Positions 61,511 through 64,000 of a stretch of 64,000 nucleotides of DNA are shown here, piece after piece (within the stretch, counting starts at the first letter, position 1; each line of letters opens with the position of its first letter). The notes under the pieces were generated by a model that was given only the letters and a program-made list of their open reading frames with translations, made no database searches and was not told the origin of the DNA. Source of the DNA: Clostridia bacterium. GTDB lineage: Bacteria; Bacillota; Clostridia; Oscillospirales; CAG-272. The position numbers were made by a program, and so were the translations under genes. The stretch spans positions 8,752 through 72,751 of the forward strand of contig JAKSOD010000001.1 in NCBI GenBank assembly GCA_024405755.1, read 5' to 3'.

Positions 61511-62683
61511 ATGAATATCAAAGAATTAGCAATGCAGAAACACGCCGAGTGGAAGGGAAAGATCGAGATCAAGACCAGAACTACCGCCGGCACCAAAGAA
61601 GCACTATCTCTGGCATATACGCCCGGTGTTGCCGAGCCTTGCCTCGCGATTCAGAAGGATCCTTCATTATCTTACACTCTTACCCGTCGTTGGAACACTG
61701 TTGCCGTCGTTACTGACGGTACGGCTGTTCTCGGACTCGGCGATATCGGTCCTGAGGCAGGTATGCCAGTTATGGAAGGAAAAGCTCTCCTGTTCAAGGA
61801 ATTCGGTGATGTTGACGCTATTCCGCTTTGCGTACGCTCTAAAGATGTTGATGAGATCGTTCGCACCGTCCAACTGCTTGCCGGCAGTTTCGGTGGAGTC
61901 AACCTTGAAGATATTTCTGCCCCCCGCTGCTTTGAGATCGAGCGCAAACTGAAAAAAGTATGCGATATTCCGATTTTCCATGATGACCAGCACGGTACCG
62001 CAGTTGTCTGCCTTGCTGCTATGATGAATGCACTTAAAGTCGTAGGCAAGAAGATCGACGAGATCCGCGTTGTTACCAGCGGAGCAGGTGCCGCCGGAAT
62101 TGCTATCGTTCGCCTTCTGATCGCCATGGGTCTGAAAGATGTTGTTATGTGCGACAGAAAGGGTGCCATCTATAAGGGACGTGAAGGACTCAACTCCGAA
62201 AAGGTCGAAATTGCAGAGATCACCAATCAGAATATGAGAAAAGGTACTCTTGCCGATGTTCTTGTAGGTGCTGATGTGTTTATCGGTGTTTCCGCTCCCG
62301 GTTGTGTAACTCCCGAGATGGTCAAGACCATGGCTAAGGATCCTATACTGTTCCCGATGGCTAACCCCACTCCCGAGATTATGCCTGATGTTGCCAAGGC
62401 TGCCGGAGCCGCTGTTGTTGGAACCGGTCGTTCCGACTTCCCGAACCAGATCAACAATGTTCTGGCTTTCCCCGGAATTTTCAGAGGTGCTCTTGACGTC
62501 CGTGCATCCGATATCAACGACGAGATGAAGATTGCTGCCGCAAAGGCAATTATGTCCCTTGTACCTGATGATGAACTCAACGCAGAGAACATTATGCCCG
62601 CTGCATTTGATCCTCGCGTAAGAGATGAAGTCTCAAAGGCTGTTGCCGAGGCTGCAAGAAAGTCCGGAGTTGCAAGAATCTGA
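61511..62683 (+). CDS. NAD(P)-dependent malic enzyme (short form)
   Basis: 'LSLAYTPGVAEPC', 'VAVVTDGTAVLGLGDIGP.AGMPVMEGKA.LFK', 'GAGAAG'. Confidence 0.9.
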   Translation: MNIKELAMQKHAEWKGKIEIKTRTTAGTKEALSLAYTPGVAEPCLAIQKDPSLSYTLTRRWNTVAVVTDGTAVLGLGDIGPEAGMPVMEGKALLFKEFGDVDAIPLCVRSKDVDEIVRTVQLLAGSFGGVNLEDISAPRCFEIERKLKKVCDIPIFHDDQHGTAVVCLAAMMNALKVVGKKIDEIRVVTSGAGAAGIAIVRLLIAMGLKDVVMCDRKGAIYKGREGLNSEKVEIAEITNQNMRKGTLADVLVGADVFIGVSAPGCVTPEMVKTMAKDPILFPMANPTPEIMPDVAKAAGAAVVGTGRSDFPNQINNVLAFPGIFRGALDVRASDINDEMKIAAAKAIMSLVPDDELNAENIMPAAFDPRVRDEVSKAVAEAARKSGVARI

Positions 62684-62701
62684 ATATGAATTTAAAAAAA
62701 C

Positions 62702-62734
62702 ACCGGTTGCGGAAAACCGCAACCGGTATTTTTA
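62702..62734 (+). terminator. Terminator after the malic enzyme gene
   Basis: ACCGGTTGCGG-AAAA-CCGCAACCGGT followed by ATTTTTAAA. A second hairpin lies at about 62749-62780. Confidence 0.8.
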
Positions 62735-62888
62735 AATAAAAATCTTTTAAACGGTGTCGTGAACGGCACCGTTTTTTTAAAATTAAACATTCTTATTCTG
62801 ATATATTTTTGTCTTATATTTGAACAGAGGCTGTAAAACAACTTTTTTTACAGCCTCTTTATGTTATTATTTCTGATTACTGTCTGAA

Positions 62889-64000
62889 TCAGTCGGCAAA
62901 CTTATCTGCAAACTTAGTGCAGAGAGTCTTCAACTGTTTCACTTTGGCTTCTGCCTTAGAGGTCCATGCGCTGTTCTCGTCGGCAACGGCATCTCTGAAA
63001 GTGGACTGACCGATCAGGTCAGAGCTGAATATACGTCCGACATCATACGTTACGTTTTCTCTGATCATATCATACATCTTGGAAGAGAGGTTGTCGAAAG
63101 TGTAGCGGGTCTTAAGGGAGAGTTCGAACACAGCGGGAGTTACAATGCGGTAGCCCTGAGATGCAAAGCTCTCAATGAATGCGGAAGCAAACTCTGGATC
63201 GGTGGTATCTTTCGGGATAGCGTAGAGTGTGAAGGGATTGCCCATAACGGTAATGTAGTTTTTCTGATCTTTGTCATACTTGGGGCAGGGCAGGATCACG
63301 AAATCCTGGAAGCCGTACTCGGCAGCAAGTATCTTGTGAGAAACACGTGCACGGTCCATAATAAACAGAACCTTGCCGGCTCCGAAAGCTCTTTGGTGAA
63401 AGACTTTGGCAGTATCGTTACCGGTATAGATAGCGTCATCAGAGTTGTAGAGAAGTGTCTGAAGCATGTTAAGAGTGTTGATTACACGCTCACTGGTGAA
63501 AGACTCGGAGGGAACAACAACTCCGTCAGCGTTTTTTTCACAGATGGTAGCACCGCATCCGTAGAACCAAGGGTCAACATGGATCTGAGCGGTCATATAT
63601 CCGAAGAAGTCACTTTCGGTCTTGGAAGCGGACTTCCCGGGAATGCCGTCAGCCTCAGCATAAATACCCTGGCACATCTCAATGAACTTTTCGTATGTCC
63701 AGTCGCCGCTCTCAACGAAAGTCTGAGGATTCTCAAGGTTGTGCATTGCAAGGAGCTGAGTATTGCAGTAGCAGACGTACATCATTTCCAGCGCGTTACG
63801 GGAAATATCTCCGGATGCGAAGTACAGTTTGTTGTTGATGGTAGCCTGACTCAGAAGAAGGGAAGACCACCAAGGCATATCGAAGTCAAGGTACTTGCAG
63901 TCTTCATCAAGCATATTGTAGAGGTAACCGCTGGTAGCGTTAAGAGCAACGGAAAGAGAATAACCGGCAATAATATCAAAGGCATGCTCATTAACAGAGA
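62889..64000 (-). CDS. ABC-transporter extracellular solute-binding protein (sugar type), N-terminus outside the window
   Basis: The frame stays open beyond 63914 to the window edge. Size and composition are typical of family-1 SBPs. Weak family call. Confidence 0.55.
   Translation of the reverse strand, partial: SVNEHAFDIIAGYSLSVALNATSGYLYNMLDEDCKYLDFDMPWWSSLLLSQATINNKLYFASGDISRNALEMMYVCYCNTQLLAMHNLENPQTFVESGDWTYEKFIEMCQGIYAEADGIPGKSASKTESDFFGYMTAQIHVDPWFYGCGATICEKNADGVVVPSESFTSERVINTLNMLQTLLYNSDDAIYTGNDTAKVFHQRAFGAGKVLFIMDRARVSHKILAAEYGFQDFVILPCPKYDKDQKNYITVMGNPFTLYAIPKDTTDPEFASAFIESFASQGYRIVTPAVFELSLKTRYTFDNLSSKMYDMIRENVTYDVGRIFSSDLIGQSTFRDAVADENSAWTSKAEAKVKQLKTLCTKFADKFAD

Overview
64-kb window from a moderate/low-GC Bacillota chromosome that looks Clostridia-like (rplU-prp-rpmA arrangement, SpoIVFB-like protease, TTG/GTG starts). 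All calls come from reading the sequence and ORF track plus remembered family motifs. No searches were run, and start codons are approximate.

Core content:
- rplU-prp-rpmA and potABCD
- an M50 protease and a HAD hydrolase
- a DUF1836-NfeD-flotillin operon
- VanZ, tRNA-Val(CAC), tRNA-Ala(GGC), a GC-rich VanW gene and an M19 dipeptidase
- a ~13-kb exopolysaccharide cluster (29.6-42.5 kb): GT2/GT4/GT8, Wzx, Wzy-like, LicD, acyl- and pyruvyl-transferases, and a priming sugar transferase
- two tandem CNNM/CorC genes and an FAD oxidoreductase
- a MurT/GatD-like pair
- a transglutaminase lipoprotein, aroQ, and a four-domain shikimate-pathway fusion
- three more GT2 genes, DUF1294, glnS, gltX, an MBL hydrolase, malic enzyme, and a partial ABC solute-binding protein

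The accessory part is ~3.1-16.5 kb: an AT-richer, heavily decayed integrative/conjugative-type island next to tRNA-Arg(CCT). A 40-nt duplicate of the tRNA 5' half breaks in the anticodon loop. The island holds:
- a truncated integrase, an excisionase and a LexA-N-like wHTH regulator
- a structured intergenic RNA candidate
- a SAM-I-like riboswitch in front of an unknown 111-aa gene
- a 5'-truncated PglX (BREX-type) methyltransferase behind a WYL/BrxR-like start remnant
- a SLOG/DUF1273 gene with an in-frame stop
- ParA, CHAP and XRE fragments

In the middle of the island sit seven tightly packed, apparently intact genes (5301-11485) with no function I can recognise. This is my best candidate for an undescribed system, but a polyimmunity or anti-defence cargo array is an equally live explanation.
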